A stretch of 63,740 nucleotides of DNA, counting the filler, from Reticulomyxa filosa (taxonomy: Eukaryota; Protista; Foraminifera), in the NCBI GenBank assembly GCA_000512085.1. It is 11 parts of 11 records of this genome, joined end to end, with 100 filler letters (N's around TTAATTAATTAA, not from the genome) between each part and the next. Parts side by side here need not be neighbours in the genome. Positions count along the whole stretch, not along the records: positions 34,546 to 41,128 come from ASPP01004897.1; positions 41,229 to 46,355 come from ASPP01025702.1; positions 46,456 to 47,748 come from ASPP01001359.1; positions 47,849 to 50,781 come from ASPP01002217.1; positions 50,882 to 54,773 come from ASPP01000664.1; 6 more parts are not named here. One strand, written 5' to 3'. Positions 37,985 through 51,132 of this stretch are shown piece after piece; positions within the stretch are counted from its first letter, which is position 1, and the number at the start of each line of letters is the position of its first letter. The notes under the pieces were generated by a model, which saw only the letters and a list, made by a program, of their open reading frames with translations, searched no databases and was not told the DNA's origin. The position numbers and the translations under genes are program-made.

Positions 37985-39944
37985 TGAGATTGTAAAAAAA
38001 GTAACAGTTTTTTTTTGCCCTCTCTGCAAAAAATGTGAAAACTTATACCAGTTAGCCAGGTCAAACGTAAAATCATGCAAGCTACTCACTGGCTTTTGCA
38101 CTGATGGTCTCACAAAGCGTAGGGCTTTGCTTGTTGTTTTCGTGATCTCAGTCTTAAACAATTGCAAAATCAATGGCCCAGAAAAAAAAAATTTACTACA
38201 AACTTTTTATCTTGGGCCTGTGACACATTTGGTTAATGAGCGTATTATTCTTTTTTCCTTTCAAAATGTTCTTCAGACCAAAGAAAAGCGTAATACGAGG
38301 AGACTAGATTCTCAATAAAGAAGATTTTAACACTCACATTAGGGATACAAGAGAAAGCCTGATAATCAACAAAGGGTAAAAAAGCTTTGTTTGTGACAAT
38401 GCTGAAAAGAAAAAAGGAGTTTCTTCGAACTTTTGTTGTAAAAAAGACTTTTAAAAACATAATCAAACACAAATCGTTTTTCTTGTTTTATCATTTTCAT
38501 TTGAAAAATGCCAAACCAACACTTCAATTAACTAATACAATCAATTATCGAGGACGTTCAAATAAACACACAAAACGAGAAATCTGACACTAATCAAAAT
38601 CATTTTATTTTAATGGTGTAATTATTCGATACTAATAGTAAATTGTATATAATTTAAACATAGCACTTTAGTATTCGAGTAATGGATATACTAGTTAAAT
38701 TTGACTTTTCAAATCAACAAAAATTGCACTAACAGAAAAAGTGTAAAGGTGAATATTTTTTTCCCTTTTTTGGAGTTGTTTGTCGAAGTCGTTCTGTTCA
38801 AAGTTGTTAGTTGATAGATTACGACTGGTTAAAGTTAATATCGTTACAGTCAAGTTAAAAAAGGTATTTTCTTTCTTTTTTTTTGTTTAATCAAAAAATC
38901 AAAATTTAAAATTTAATAAAAGTACCATAATAAAAAAAATATAATCAAAAATTAGATTAACATTGCATATAGTGATCAATGACTCCAGTGTATTATTTTC
39001 GTCTTTATATTCATTTGCAATTAAAAGACGATTATCGTATGATAATAATATCATATCATTGGATCCATTTATATTTCGTGATTTTAGTATATATATTTAT
39101 AATATGTAATTTATATATTATTATATATATATATTCAATTTTCGTATCTAATAATCGAAGCTCATGACAATTTTAATATGATTTTATTGTTGAATAATTA
39201 TTATATGTCAATGATTTTAATATTAATTCGAATTGCCCAAATTGATATTCGATCCAGCTTGCGTGAATTAAATCAGTTGGATTTAAAAATGTAGTAAATT
39301 TTAATAATAAAGTTACAACGTCATTATTTGTTCTTAAATTTATAAAATTATTTTCATTAATGTTGTTATATATGAATTTTTTAATGTTAATCTAGAAAAC
39401 TATTGAATTATTTAAATTTTAATTATTTTTTTCACAAATGAACAAATCACCAAGTTTATATGAAAAAACATAGTGAAATTAGAACGAAGAGCCATACTAA
39501 AATGGAAAATCACAATTGTTTTGTCAAAATAAAATTAGAAAATATTCCGCTGTTGGAATCAAATAGAAATCAACGCAATATCTATAATTAATATATTTCA
39601 CATCCGAATCCTGATTATTTTTCATCTTGACATATGCACAAATGATGTGTAACATTTATATTTAAGTTTACGCTTTAAAAATGATTTTAGAAGAAAAAAA
39701 AAGAGCATAATTTTTTTTATTGATAAAAGAAACATTTTGCTAATAGTACTCAAAATATATCAAGACGAAGATAAAAAAAACAACTTTTGAATAATAGTCA
39801 AAGATTGACAAATTTCAATAACAACTGTTATAAAGCGTCCAACAAAAAACTAAGAGAAAAAAAATCTCACAAAAACAACAAACTTAATATCATTGTTGTT
39901 CGAGTTTATGTTTGAACAAAGTCGATCATTTTTAGCATAGTTTG

Positions 39945-40996
39945 GTTGTCTTTCCTCTTTTTTTCTTCAAACGCCAATTAGCCACACAAATTGCAATATC
40001 AAAACCGATCAACATTCCAAATTAAAATGTCAACTGGCCACACCCATTTGTCTAATGCGCTACTGCTATTGCTCGAACGGTTAGAATCAGATGTGTAAGT
40101 TTGTTCACTGTTAAAAGCGGTAATGATCGGTTGAACGGTAACAGGCAGCTAGTGGTGTAATAAGCCGTGGAAGAGGTCATTGTGTAACTAACTTGCCATT
40201 GATCGGTGCAAGTGGAGCAACTACTTGAAGACTGGGTTGTAGTGGTTCCCGACGATTTGGTCGCGATTGTGGTTGTTCCGGATTTCGTCGTTGTAGAGAC
40301 ACTTAACTTGGTTACAGGAGAGCTTGTTGCGCCTGAGGACGAGGACGACCCAGTCTGGAGTTGCCAACGTCAAATATAGTATATCATTCTCGCATGAAAG
40401 CATCACCCAATATCCACATGTAGCCTTTTTTATAGTAATATTTTTGTTGCAATCGTATATTTATGGTCAATTGGTTGTTGTATAAATCATCTCACTATCT
40501 CTTATGTGCAAAGATAAAAATATGTAGAAACAAAAAAAAGTTTTTATCAAACCTGCATCCAGGGGGGAGAGTGAAGCCATATTGGAGCCATCCTCACTGA
40601 TTAAGTCTCCAGTTTGTGCCTATCACCACAAATGCATTCGAGCTGGTGGAATCATCCAAAGCGATCCTCTCAAATCGATCCATCTTCCAACATTAGCAAT
40701 CGTAATCTATGCCATGTATCGGTATTCCATTGCGCTTCGCTCATTTGCTTTATTTCGCAATGGCCTTCGTCCCAACAAAATTCACTATTCATTGCAAACG
40801 CACATACACATACACATTCATTTATGTTTCGATTGAGATCATACGTATACATGTTATTTTTAACATATTCCCGCCAGCGTTGATCGCGATCGAATAATTT
40901 GAGTAGTTCTTTGGAGGATACGAACTAGAACTCAGCAATCCATATTCTGCCAAACAATTGAGAGTGGCATTGATATATTGAAATTCAACTTCGACC
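39945..40996 (-). pseudogene. Disrupted gene with a pepsin-family (A1) protease C-terminal motif, Ser/Thr stalk and degenerate TM, plus unrelated-looking upstream exons
   Basis: 'GYMWILGDAFMRE*YTIFDVGNSRLG' with in-frame TGA at 40384-40386, then a frameshifted S/T-rich stretch and further stops. Confidence 0.6.
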
Positions 40997-41289
40997 TATA
41001 TTTGTTTCAATCCACATAGTGTGACCTCTTTTAGTAACATTATTTTTTTTTCTCTTCAAATAAATTGCTTGTTAAAATAAAAATAAAATTTTTCTCCACT
41101 GAACATCTCTTGAGCGTTGATACACATCNNNNNNNNNNNNNNNNNNNNNNNNNNNNNNNNNNNNNNNNNNNNTTAATTAATTAANNNNNNNNNNNNNNNN
41201 NNNNNNNNNNNNNNNNNNNNNNNNNNNNTTTTTTTTTTTTTTTTTTTGACTGAAAAAAAAAATTTCAAAAAAAAAAAAAAATCCCCAAA

Positions 41290-41941
41290 CTTTATTCGCA
41301 GCTTGGCTCTGGAACGGCTTCGACCTTGCTCAGTTTTGCTGTTGGAATAATACAACGCCCATAGCTTTTCTGAAAAAATAAACACACAAAGCAAAAAAAT
41401 CTTTTTTTTTATAGAGATCTTTTTAGAAATTGATTTGATTGGGTGCCATTTTTTTTTTAAGTGTAAAAAGAGAAAAAAACAAAATACAAAGTCTTTATTT
41501 AGTTGTTTGTTTTTTTTTTTAAGCAACTCTCTTCGTTCAAAATTAGCTGGGGCTTTACCAGTGGCTTGATCTGAGCTTGCTGAAGTTGCTTTTCCAATTG
41601 TGCACAATGTTTTCGTAAAGTGGTTATTTCCACAATCGCTTTTTTTAGAATAGACGCTCTTTCGGGGCGATTGTATCGGGGGATTTCACCACATGTTAGG
41701 TATAATAACTCAAAATACAAGTTTTGATGATTTCGGCGGCATTGCTCTCTTCTATTCTTCATTTCTCTTTTTTTTTTTGTTTTTTGTAAGTAAAATCCAA
41801 GACATTTTTAAAATGGAAATTTTCAACCTACTCCTTTTTTTTTTTTGAAGGATTTCAAAACATCGTATTCAACTTTTTGGCTTCTTTTTCTTCTTGAGAA
41901 AGTCCAAGGCCTTTCTTACGCCCACGTTTCCCCTTTGACAT
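41290..41941 (-). CDS. bHLH-leucine zipper transcription factor (Max/Myc-like); 3' end cut by spacer, 5' end may extend
   Basis: 'MSKGKRGRKK...KEMKNRREQCRRNHQNLYFELL...PERASILKKAIVEITTLRKHCAQLEKQLQQ'. Confidence 0.75.
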
Positions 41942-43167
41942 ATTCGCTGTACCTATGGTGGGATTTGAAGACGCTATTTCTTTGGACAATGCACTCGAGC
42001 AAAATAGGAAGGGACGAAAGGAAAAAATCTAAGTTTTTTTGCAAACATATTTCGTAAAAAATTTTTAGGAAAAAAGTAAGCCTACAACTTATCAAAGATT
42101 AGTTACCATGTATTCTGAAAAAGTGACTCTATCCATTTTTCCTGTTGATATTGGATAAAAATAGCATAATATAATAACAATATTTTGAAACTTCAAAATT
42201 CAAGCAAAAGTAATTCAAACTAATAAAGAAGCTTAAAAATTGATTTTCAACTAGTTCGTAACTTTTAAAGTGTGAGAACTACCTATTTTGGTTCTGTCTG
42301 CAAAAAATGTTTTAAAAATTGTGAGTCTTAAGAACAACAAAATCTGAAAAGTGATTGAATCAACAAACATCAATAGTCAAGACTTTCTAACTTTTTCAAT
42401 ACCGAAATATGAAGGATTGGCTTCAACACAACTGAAGGACAAGTATCTTTTTCCTTTTGGTGTAATCAAGCACCACAAAAATAATCGTTTGTGTGATATC
42501 AATAAATGAACATTATTGAATAGTTTTATAAGTTCTTCCCATTGCCTTTAGATGTTCCTGCCATCTGCACTCTTTTAACTGTCGTTCAATGATTGCAACT
42601 GCCATTTTTTCCTCTGGCAACAGTGTTTTCATCCTTCCTGTTGATCCCAAACACCATTCGTGATTATCAAAATAAAGAAATGATAAAGGCAGTTTTGCGT
42701 ACTTTGTATTCTTCGTCGTCTTTTAAACGTTTGTGATACAGAGAATGCAAAATAAGTCAGTGGAATATATAAAAAGACTACTCGTACGACAGGCCATCCT
42801 GACAAAGCGAGCTGAGACATTTCAAGGATATTTTTTCGAAAAAGTCGATTGAACTTACAAACTAAAACAAAGAACGCGGACTAAAGAGGACGTGTAAGGT
42901 TTGTTCATTTCATGTTCATCTAACACAAACAATGCCATGAGTATCTCCGTCCGGTCATTGGTTAAGGATTAAAATAAATTCTACAATTATAACACAGATA
43001 CATGTTTTTAAAGCATTTGGGCAAACAATTTCCAGAAACTTTTCTTCAAAAGTGTACACCGTAAAACGGCCTTCTGACCCGACCCTTTCAAACAAACGTT
43101 CATAGGGATATAATAAATTGGAATCAAACAGTTCTTTGTATATCATTCAACCAAATCCATAACACCA

Positions 43168-44510
43168 ATGAATAGAATTTTTTCCACTGTTGTAAGTACT
43201 TTTTTGTTTTTGTTCTATTAACTTCTTTTCAACGTCTCAAAAAAAAAAACCAATGCACACGCCCGGCAAAACTTAGGGCACGGAGTTAAAAGCAGCGAAC
43301 AAAGGATGGCGAAGTTTGCAACAGCGATTCTACCGTCCAAAAATTGAACGAGTGATACATCCTTCGATTGTTGAAGCACTGCGTACTGTGGAAATAGGAA
43401 ATCTGCACACTCCAGAGTGGCGACTATTTTTCGAAAAAGACGCGGGCAAGCCGGCAGCAACAGGAAGCGAACAAGGCAAATTGTCGCCATGGCACGATAT
43501 TTCCTTTGGCTTCCAAGACCCTGAAACTGATGCTTTATATTTCAACTACGTACATGAAATTCCTAAAGGGTAGGTTTTTCTTTTCTCTTACCCCTTTTCC
43601 TCCCCCTTTTTTTCATAAAAATTCATACAAAAAAAAGAAGGGAAATTTTTTAAAACACGTATACGTATATACATTTGTTGTGGAAAAAAAAAAAAAGAGA
43701 CCGGGCGAAAATGGAGTGCTCGCCAAAAGAAGAATGGAATCCATTCAAACAAGACATAAAAAAAGGTAATTTGCGTTTTTTTAAATATGGCGATTTGCCT
43801 TTCAATTATGGATTTGTTCCGCAGACTTGGGAAGATCCAAACCAATCTTCTCGTCATTCTGACGTAGGTGATTTAAAAGGTGATAACGACCCTCTGGATG
43901 TTGTCGAAATTTCCGGCACCAAAATCCCTCGTGGCCAAATCGTACCTATTAAGGTCCTCAGCGTTTTGGGTTTAATCGATGAAGGTGAAGCCGATTGGAA
44001 AATCATTGGCATACGTGCAGATCACCCACAAGCCGCACAAATTAATTGTTAAAAAACTTAACAAACAAATAAACAAAAATAAACAAATAAATAAAATTAA
44101 AGAATTAAACATCAAAAAAAAAACATTATTTAGCAATAAAAGATGCTGACCGTGTTTTTCAAACCGATTTGCAAAATGTTATCGTTGATTGGTTCCAAAA
44201 ATACAAGGTCCCGGACGGAAAACCAGAAAATCGATTTACTCATAATGCTCAATTCCAAGGATCAGAAGCGGCCATTGATGTCATTGAGGATGCTCATCGT
44301 CAATGGTACGATCTCATTCTTGGTGCCGTCAAAACTGAAAATAGCTTACAGAGTTTGACAAGAAAACGCTTGGTTGAACAAGGAATTGTAAGAAATGATC
44401 GCATGCCACAAAGACCTGCCGTTAATTATCCTGTCTATGAAAATTGGAACAGCAAGAGTAAATCACAGACCTTTGGCAACAAAAAGTATCACGGTGAAGA
44501 GGAAAAGTAA
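43168..44510 (+). CDS. PPA: Family I soluble inorganic pyrophosphatase with N-terminal presequence, 4 exons
   Basis: 'LSPWHDI', 'EIPKGDRAKME', 'NPFKQDIKKGNLRF', 'NYGFVPQTWEDP', 'GDNDPLDVVEI', 'LIDEGEADWKII', 'WFQKYKVPDGKPEN'; exon 1 43168-43191 (MNRIFSTV). Confidence 0.96.
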
Positions 44511-45120
44511 AATAAAGTCTGGTCTTTTCTTTTTTTTTTCTTGTATGGAGAATAAATAAATATCAATATTTTAATTATGTGCAATTGATTTGCACTGTTG
44601 AACTTGTACTTACCGTGTTTAACATCCTCTTTTTGTTAAAATAAAAATGTCATTTTTTCAGTTTTCAAAAGATAAATGATATTATCAAAGAATTTTAAAC
44701 GCGTAAAATCTTTGCTTTCAAAAGGAATAAAAAAAATTTGCAAATTTAATTGCAATTTTATAGTCTTTATAACCAACCGACATAGCTTACAGATCAATAG
44801 TTTTAAGTTCTTCCGTACCACTGACTACAGTTGACAGTAACTCGTATAACACATATAAAATTTCATAAATACATTTTTTTCCCGACAACGATAGTAAATA
44901 GTGGAATTTGTCTTAGTTAAGTAACAAAAAACAAAATAAATTACTGGCAGACTAACCTAACACAATGCGTACAATCAGATGATATTTTGTGCATGCACAA
45001 ACAGGAAAAGTTGAAAAATAATTAATTTTTGTTGAGATTGTGAAGCTGTTAAAATTTGCATCGGTTTGGAGCGCTTATTGGAATGCTTTATGTGCGGAGA
45101 ATCTTTATTGAACTGGCGAA

Positions 45121-46116
45121 GTGTTACTAGATATGTTGCACGATCTGAAATTAACAGGTCTCTTTTTAAACTCTTTGCACTGGCTTCATCACATACCAAT
45201 TGCATGGTTGTTGACTAACAGTAACATGCCAGCAGTTTGTCAATACAAAAATGAGCTTCAAAAATCAATGTGTAAATCTCACCAAAATATTGCAAAGTTG
45301 CAAAACAAACTCTCTCCTACAAACACAGAAAATGAGATTTCTTCGTCTTTAGTTCCACACAACGGAAAAAATACTTTCTCTTCTCTGATGCATTCGTTAC
45401 GTTGCGAATGTATAACAACAATTGATCGCGCTTTGTTAGAATTAGAAACTAAGTCTACTATACATCACCTGCATTCAACTATTGAAGCAACAACAAACAA
45501 CCAAGAACGATCTAATGAAACCATAGACTTAATTCATGAATACAAAAAAAAAATTGAACATGTTAGGGCAGAATTGGATCGTTCTCGGCAAACATTTGAG
45601 TTAGACCTTAAAAACTTGCAATTTAAAATGGCTGAATTGAAGGAACAAGAAAAAGTTCACAAAAAAAAAACCGAGGTGGAGTTGGTAGCACAAGAAAAAC
45701 AAATCAATGCACAGTTACAAGAGTTGAAACGAGAATATCAAATGCAAGAGAGTAATTCCAAACAAAAGTTCCAAAAAATTCAAGAGCAAATTATCACAGA
45801 AAATCAAGCATTTCAGCAAACAGAAAGACATTTTTTATTTAAAATAAAGGAATGTGAAAGTAATTTAGAAAAATGGCGAACTAAACATAAAAACGAAATG
45901 AAAATATCACAGCAACAACTTACACAAATTCAAATGAAAAAAGAAGATTGCTTAAAACAGTTGGATGAATTGCAAAAAGAATATGCCAAAGAAAAGCAAA
46001 TGAAAGAAGAGCGAATCGAAAACGAAAAACTAAAATTAAAACAAACTGAAGAAATGCAAGAAACATCAAAAGAAGTTCAAAAGACTGATTGTCTCCCAGG
46101 AAAAGAGGCAACATAA
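45121..46116 (+). CDS. Coiled-coil protein resembling dynein regulatory complex subunit DRC9/IQCG, ending before its IQ motif; start uncertain
   Basis: Pattern 'LLELETKSTIHHL', 'MAELKEQ', 'TERHFLFKIKECESNLEKWRTKHKNEMK', 'KQMKEERIENEK' parallels IQCG as recalled; no alignment was run. Confidence 0.6.
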   Translation: MLLDMLHDLKLTGLFLNSLHWLHHIPIAWLLTNSNMPAVCQYKNELQKSMCKSHQNIAKLQNKLSPTNTENEISSSLVPHNGKNTFSSLMHSLRCECITTIDRALLELETKSTIHHLHSTIEATTNNQERSNETIDLIHEYKKKIEHVRAELDRSRQTFELDLKNLQFKMAELKEQEKVHKKKTEVELVAQEKQINAQLQELKREYQMQESNSKQKFQKIQEQIITENQAFQQTERHFLFKIKECESNLEKWRTKHKNEMKISQQQLTQIQMKKEDCLKQLDELQKEYAKEKQMKEERIENEKLKLKQTEEMQETSKEVQKTDCLPGKEAT

Positions 46117-46455
46117 ATTCCAACTCTCTTCGTCTTTAAAAAATGTGCTTGATATTAATAATCAATTTTTTAAAATGTAACAAGAATAATGCTCTCTCCA
46201 GTTATAATTCAGCAAAAACAAAGTCAAATTAATAATAAAGAAAACAAAAATGGAAGTGGAGTGACTAAGCGAAAAGACTAATCACAAGAAATAGGAGATT
46301 CTTTGTGAGTTCATTTCTAAATATTAGCGAAATTTAAACTAATTTTGAAAATATTNNNNNNNNNNNNNNNNNNNNNNNNNNNNNNNNNNNNNNNNNNNNT
46401 TAATTAATTAANNNNNNNNNNNNNNNNNNNNNNNNNNNNNNNNNNNNNNNNNNNN

Positions 46456-46654
46456 TACAATTCGTTTTTGGGATATTCGATCAAATAAGAATCAATTATA
46501 TTCAATCGAAGGTAATAAATATAATCCAATATTATGTCTTAAATTTGCATTATTGAAAAACAAAGTAAATGATAATGAACAAAAATTAAAAAATGATTGT
46601 GGTGTTCATTTATATTATGGCTCATTTAATGGTTCAATTCGTGTTTGGGGATGA
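46456..46654 (+). CDS. 3' end of a WD40 gene, paralogue of 19741-21149
   Basis: 'TIRFWDIRSNKNQLYSIEG...ILCLKF...LYYGSFNGSIRVWG*'. Confidence 0.85.
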
Positions 46655-48018
46655 ATGTAGAATGAAATTTTGTTTTGATTTTCATTTTTGAATTCATTCA
46701 ATTTTTACTTTGGAGTTGTTTAACTTATTTTTGGAATTTTTTGTCATTTAAGAAAAAAAAAGGTTATAATATCTTTGTACCCTTTTAATAAGATATGTGG
46801 GAAATGCTTATCAATTAAAAAAATGTTCAAACATTAACCACAATTACAAAAGCAAGCAGCTTTTCAAGATTAACTTGAGACCTAACAATGATTGTTGTGT
46901 TGAATTAGTTATCTTTTAGCACATTTTTAGGAGATGTAAAGGAAAAAAAATTGTTAAAAATTGAATATATCACGTAAATTACAAATTACATTTCATTGTA
47001 AGTATATGTCACATGCTCAATAATTCGAATACAATAGCTTTTGCAATTGTGGAATGCATTTTATAATTTACAGCACTGCAGTAAATCGTTTTTTTTGGTG
47101 TGCGTAATACTGACACCAAACATACTAAAATTAAATTACTATCAATATATTTCAAAGTATTTGCTTACTATTGAATTTATTACGAATTTTTAAACAAAAA
47201 AATTATAGTAAACTATAATTTTCAACAACAGAGATTTTAGTACTGAATTAGCACTACTAACAAATTGCAAATAAAATTTAAAACAAGCAATTCAAGCAAA
47301 AATATTTTAAAAGACTATTTTCTTTTTTCTATATCAAATTGTCTACTATTACGTTGCAATTGCACAACATTATCGATATCAACCCGCAATTCCGGTATTA
47401 CATTTGCGTCGAGTCTCACGTCCACATAGCAATAGTGTGGAATCATGTTTTTGAAAATATGGCAGCAGCATCAAATGAAAGAACTTTCAAACAATTCCGC
47501 AAGTACAAGCAAACACTTAATTCTAAACAACATTGTCATTTGAATAACATCATTATACGTTAACACAAAAAAAAAGGCAATAAATTAAACCAAAACAAAT
47601 AAAACCACTTTGGATGTATATGTATGCATGAGAGACTTTTAGGAAATATTGAAAGTAAGTTTAGACAATGGAAAGATCTCTTTTACGTATTTTCGATTGT
47701 TATCTTCCCTTTTTTGTATTTTTATGTTTTCAATCAAGTATTTTTTTTNNNNNNNNNNNNNNNNNNNNNNNNNNNNNNNNNNNNNNNNNNNNTTAATTAA
47801 TTAANNNNNNNNNNNNNNNNNNNNNNNNNNNNNNNNNNNNNNNNNNNNGTTTGCAATATATTGGTCTATCATCCCAAATTAGTTTGGACATTATACATTT
47901 TTTTACACATTTTAATTTTGATATCAACACTTATGTCCTTTTATAACCCCGTAATTGCTTGTTCATCCCCCATTACAGTACTCCAAGACTAAACATCACA
48001 CAACCCAACCAAGTGGCG

Positions 48019-48150
48019 TTTTAAAAAAAAAGCATATGAAGACAAAACCAAAAAGAAAAAAATAAATTGGGCGGCGTCACTATGTCCCTGGGGCGCCGCC
48101 TTATTTATTCTTTTCTATTTCGATTTTCCCTTCATGTGCTTTTTTTAAAA
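48019..48150 (-). repeat. Palindromic dispersed element, copy 3 (inverted relative to copies 1 and 2)
   Basis: TTTTAAAAAAAAAGCATATGAAG...TTGGGCGGCGTC-actatgtccctgg-GGCGCCGCCTT...CTTCATGTGCTTTTTTTAAAA; the loop is the reverse complement of a variant of the copy 1 loop. Confidence 0.85.
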
Positions 48151-49696
48151 AATTTGGTGATATTCAAAGTTTGCCTCCCTTCGTGTTTATATTTTGTCCA
48201 TTTTCTGATTTTAATAAGTCAATGAAATTGTATCCAATTGTAATGAGTTGGACTGTATTTTAATTAAATATACTAATTTTATTTTTTGAATAATCGATAG
48301 ATTGCAAGTTCTTTTTTTTCATCAATCGTTGCATACACTTCTTGGTAATTTTTTGAATGATTGGATGTATGTGAAGATTGATTACAATTATTTGATTCAT
48401 TTTTAAAAAAAAGGGATGTGAGAAAAACGAAACCAGCAAATTCCAATGTTGAGTTGATATCCTTTTTTGAAAGATAAAAGTGTTATTGCTCGGTGGCTTA
48501 AATAAAATACAAAATACTTTTTCTTTTCACAATATGAATCATAGCATCAAACTAACAAGCAAAATATATTTATTATGTAACTCTTTTGGTTGCATAATTT
48601 TATATACAAACAATTTCTGCTATTTTGAAACATCAAAAGAATAATATATTCCATTATACCTAAAAAAAATGTTTTTTGGAGTAAAGAAAAACTATCAATT
48701 ATTGCTTAAAGAATTAGTTTTATTGACTTTTCTTCTTTTTGAAATTCACCAAATTTTAATTCAGAATCATTGAATACAAAAAAATATTTAAAAGATGTTA
48801 TTAGAACGAATAATCATTATCAGTATTTCAAACAATATTGAAACATTTTCACCATTTGTTCTTTTATGTCAGTTATCTCCATATATGTGGCAAGTGATCT
48901 GATTTAGTTTTTATTTATTCAAATAAAAATAATGCTAGAACATCCAGAACGTGATGAGCTCAAATTTAAGATAGCACCAATAGTTTGCATAGTAATGACA
49001 AAAAATCCCACAAAGCTAAAAAGAAAGATTTTCTGTTTTCATGTCAAATATCAGATAATACGGTTGCAGTAATATAACAAAAAGACAATTTAAAATTTCG
49101 TTTCGATTTACAAACTCAAAAACTTTCTATCTCTTGTCGCTATTCTATATTTATCACTTTCTAGCTCTAAAAGCTTTACATTGCATAACATAAAATAAAC
49201 GCCACTACGTAGCATATGTGCGTGAGGTTAAATAGTTGAAGCAAGTCCAAAATATAACTTCTTCCTTCCATAAAATTGATATGTTATGAGACGTCTATTA
49301 TCAAATCTGCAACTGAAAGCAATAAATCATATAGCCAACTCAATTTCTGCCATCACCGCTTTGTGGCCAACTGGTTCGATACGTAGATGTACCTCAAAAC
49401 CTGAACTATCAGAATAATTACGTTCATAATACATTTTGTATCCCTCGAAAATTTGCATATTGTTCGACTGTATGTGATTAGATGAAAATTACGTGACTTT
49501 GGCTATTTCAAAAATTTTGAGTTGATTTTTAAGTCTGTTGAAGACTTCACATTCTTTCATTTTTTTTTTTTGGAACGGGGTAAGTTTTTCGTAGTTCAAA
49601 ACAAATTACGAAATATTGAATGATAATCATGGTAATATCTTTGTTGTATCCATTGTTTTCTTTTCCATAAAATGAAGTTTGTCTGTGCTGATTTAG

Positions 49697-50514
49697 ATAT
49701 CAGAAGAAAGTATAAGCACTAATGAATCGGCCAACGAGACAATACTGAAGAATGAAAAATTAGCGACTGAACTGGACTGCATTGTCTCCAAAGACAAACA
49801 GCGCAACGATGCCATCCAACAAGCATTGGATAGCTCAACTGTATTATCGCCGAAAGTGATCATAATCGAACAAATACATTTGCTCCTCCTCCTTGAGCAC
49901 ATACCAATGTGGACGCTGCTGCCACTGAAGAAAAGGCAGTTGTCGTCAATGATATGCAAATCAAGTTGGCCCATGAAAATATGGTTTGTGAAGAGTCTAT
50001 CCAACATTTGCAAAACGTTACTTTCACGAATGTGTAATCATAAATATGATATTTATTATATATGTTATACGTATACGTAATCACCAACCTTTTTTTTTTG
50101 AATTTGATGAGAATGGTGACTATGTAGATATTGAAACAATAGACAAAAATTGCTAAATGGAATTGAAAAAGACAACAAACAATTGGAAGAAACGTTGAAA
50201 ACTCAAGAAGGTGCTGTGATAACTCGAATTTATTGTGGACAACGTGGCTTTGCACGACAAGAAATACAAGGCCGCATTGACGATTTGTAAAAGCTAATAA
50301 ATTTGCATAAGAGACTATCAAAAATCCGACTAGCAACGATGCATCCGCTGTCAACACTGCACCAACAACTGATGCAACGAACGACACATTGCTTCCACTC
50401 CCGGATGACACAGATGATGAAGCAAAAGAACAAGCAAAGGTACAAGCAAAGACGAAAGTGGCCACTACTACGATGATTGTCAAAATAGAACAAATGATAA
50501 AAACACCATTCTAA
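49697..50514 (+). pseudogene. Disrupted coiled-coil/low-complexity protein gene
   Basis: Coding-like composition with one intron-like AT block (~50017-50142), but frame switches and in-frame stops. Confidence 0.45.
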
Positions 50515-50889
50515 GTTTTGTGTGAGATTTTTAGCACTTGAATGTTGTTTTTTTGATTAGTTGATTTTCTCACATTATTTATGATGTGTTTGCTTGTTTG
50601 TTTGTCTTGTGGTAATGGGATATGTTCAAAAAAAAGGTATACAAACAAAACTATATGGAATGGCGAAATGCATTTAGAGATATGATCCGACAATTGTTAG
50701 GAGTATAACTTCATCATGATAATAAACTAATACCAGAATGGTGATTAGACTGCGACTTGCAGCGAAGGGCGCATGTACAGANNNNNNNNNNNNNNNNNNN
50801 NNNNNNNNNNNNNNNNNNNNNNNNNTTAATTAATTAANNNNNNNNNNNNNNNNNNNNNNNNNNNNNNNNNNNNNNNNNNNNATACAACA

Positions 50890-51132
50890 AGTAGGTAAAC
50901 TTGAATTAAATTTTATGCAACCACAAAAATTTTTTTAAAGTAAATGAAAGATTAAAATTTTTGAAAAAATTGGAAAGACTTCATAAAAAACCAAAATTAT
51001 ATTTAAAAACTACAATATTAGTAGATATTTTTTTTTTAAAATTTTGATTAAATGTTGTTTTTTCATGGAGAAACATAATCATATCTATAAGGTGGCATTT
51101 TATGTGTCAACTTTCTTTTTTATCTTACTGTA
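50890..51132 (-). mobile_element. Tc1 terminal region (TIR-bearing end), sister of 27480-27758
   Basis: Shares 'aaatgaaagattaaaatttttgaaaaaatt...atatttaaaaactaca...ctataaggtggcatttta' with 27570-27740; ends ...TTACTG|TA, i.e. a TA-CAGT Tc1 terminus. Confidence 0.8.

Noticed and set aside
40384-40386. TGA as Trp or Sec in the protease motif
   Set aside because: TGA terminates intact genes here (24536, 32492, 53410), and the locus has other lesions.
43253-43316. ATG with in-frame TAG upstream of the PPase, suggesting readthrough or an alternative code
   Set aside because: The TAG is the acceptor of intron 43192-43276; exon MNRIFSTV splices in frame.
35958-44510. Apparent cluster of mitochondrial enzymes (SDR, FDH, PPase)
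   Set aside because: They lie on different segments separated by artificial spacers.
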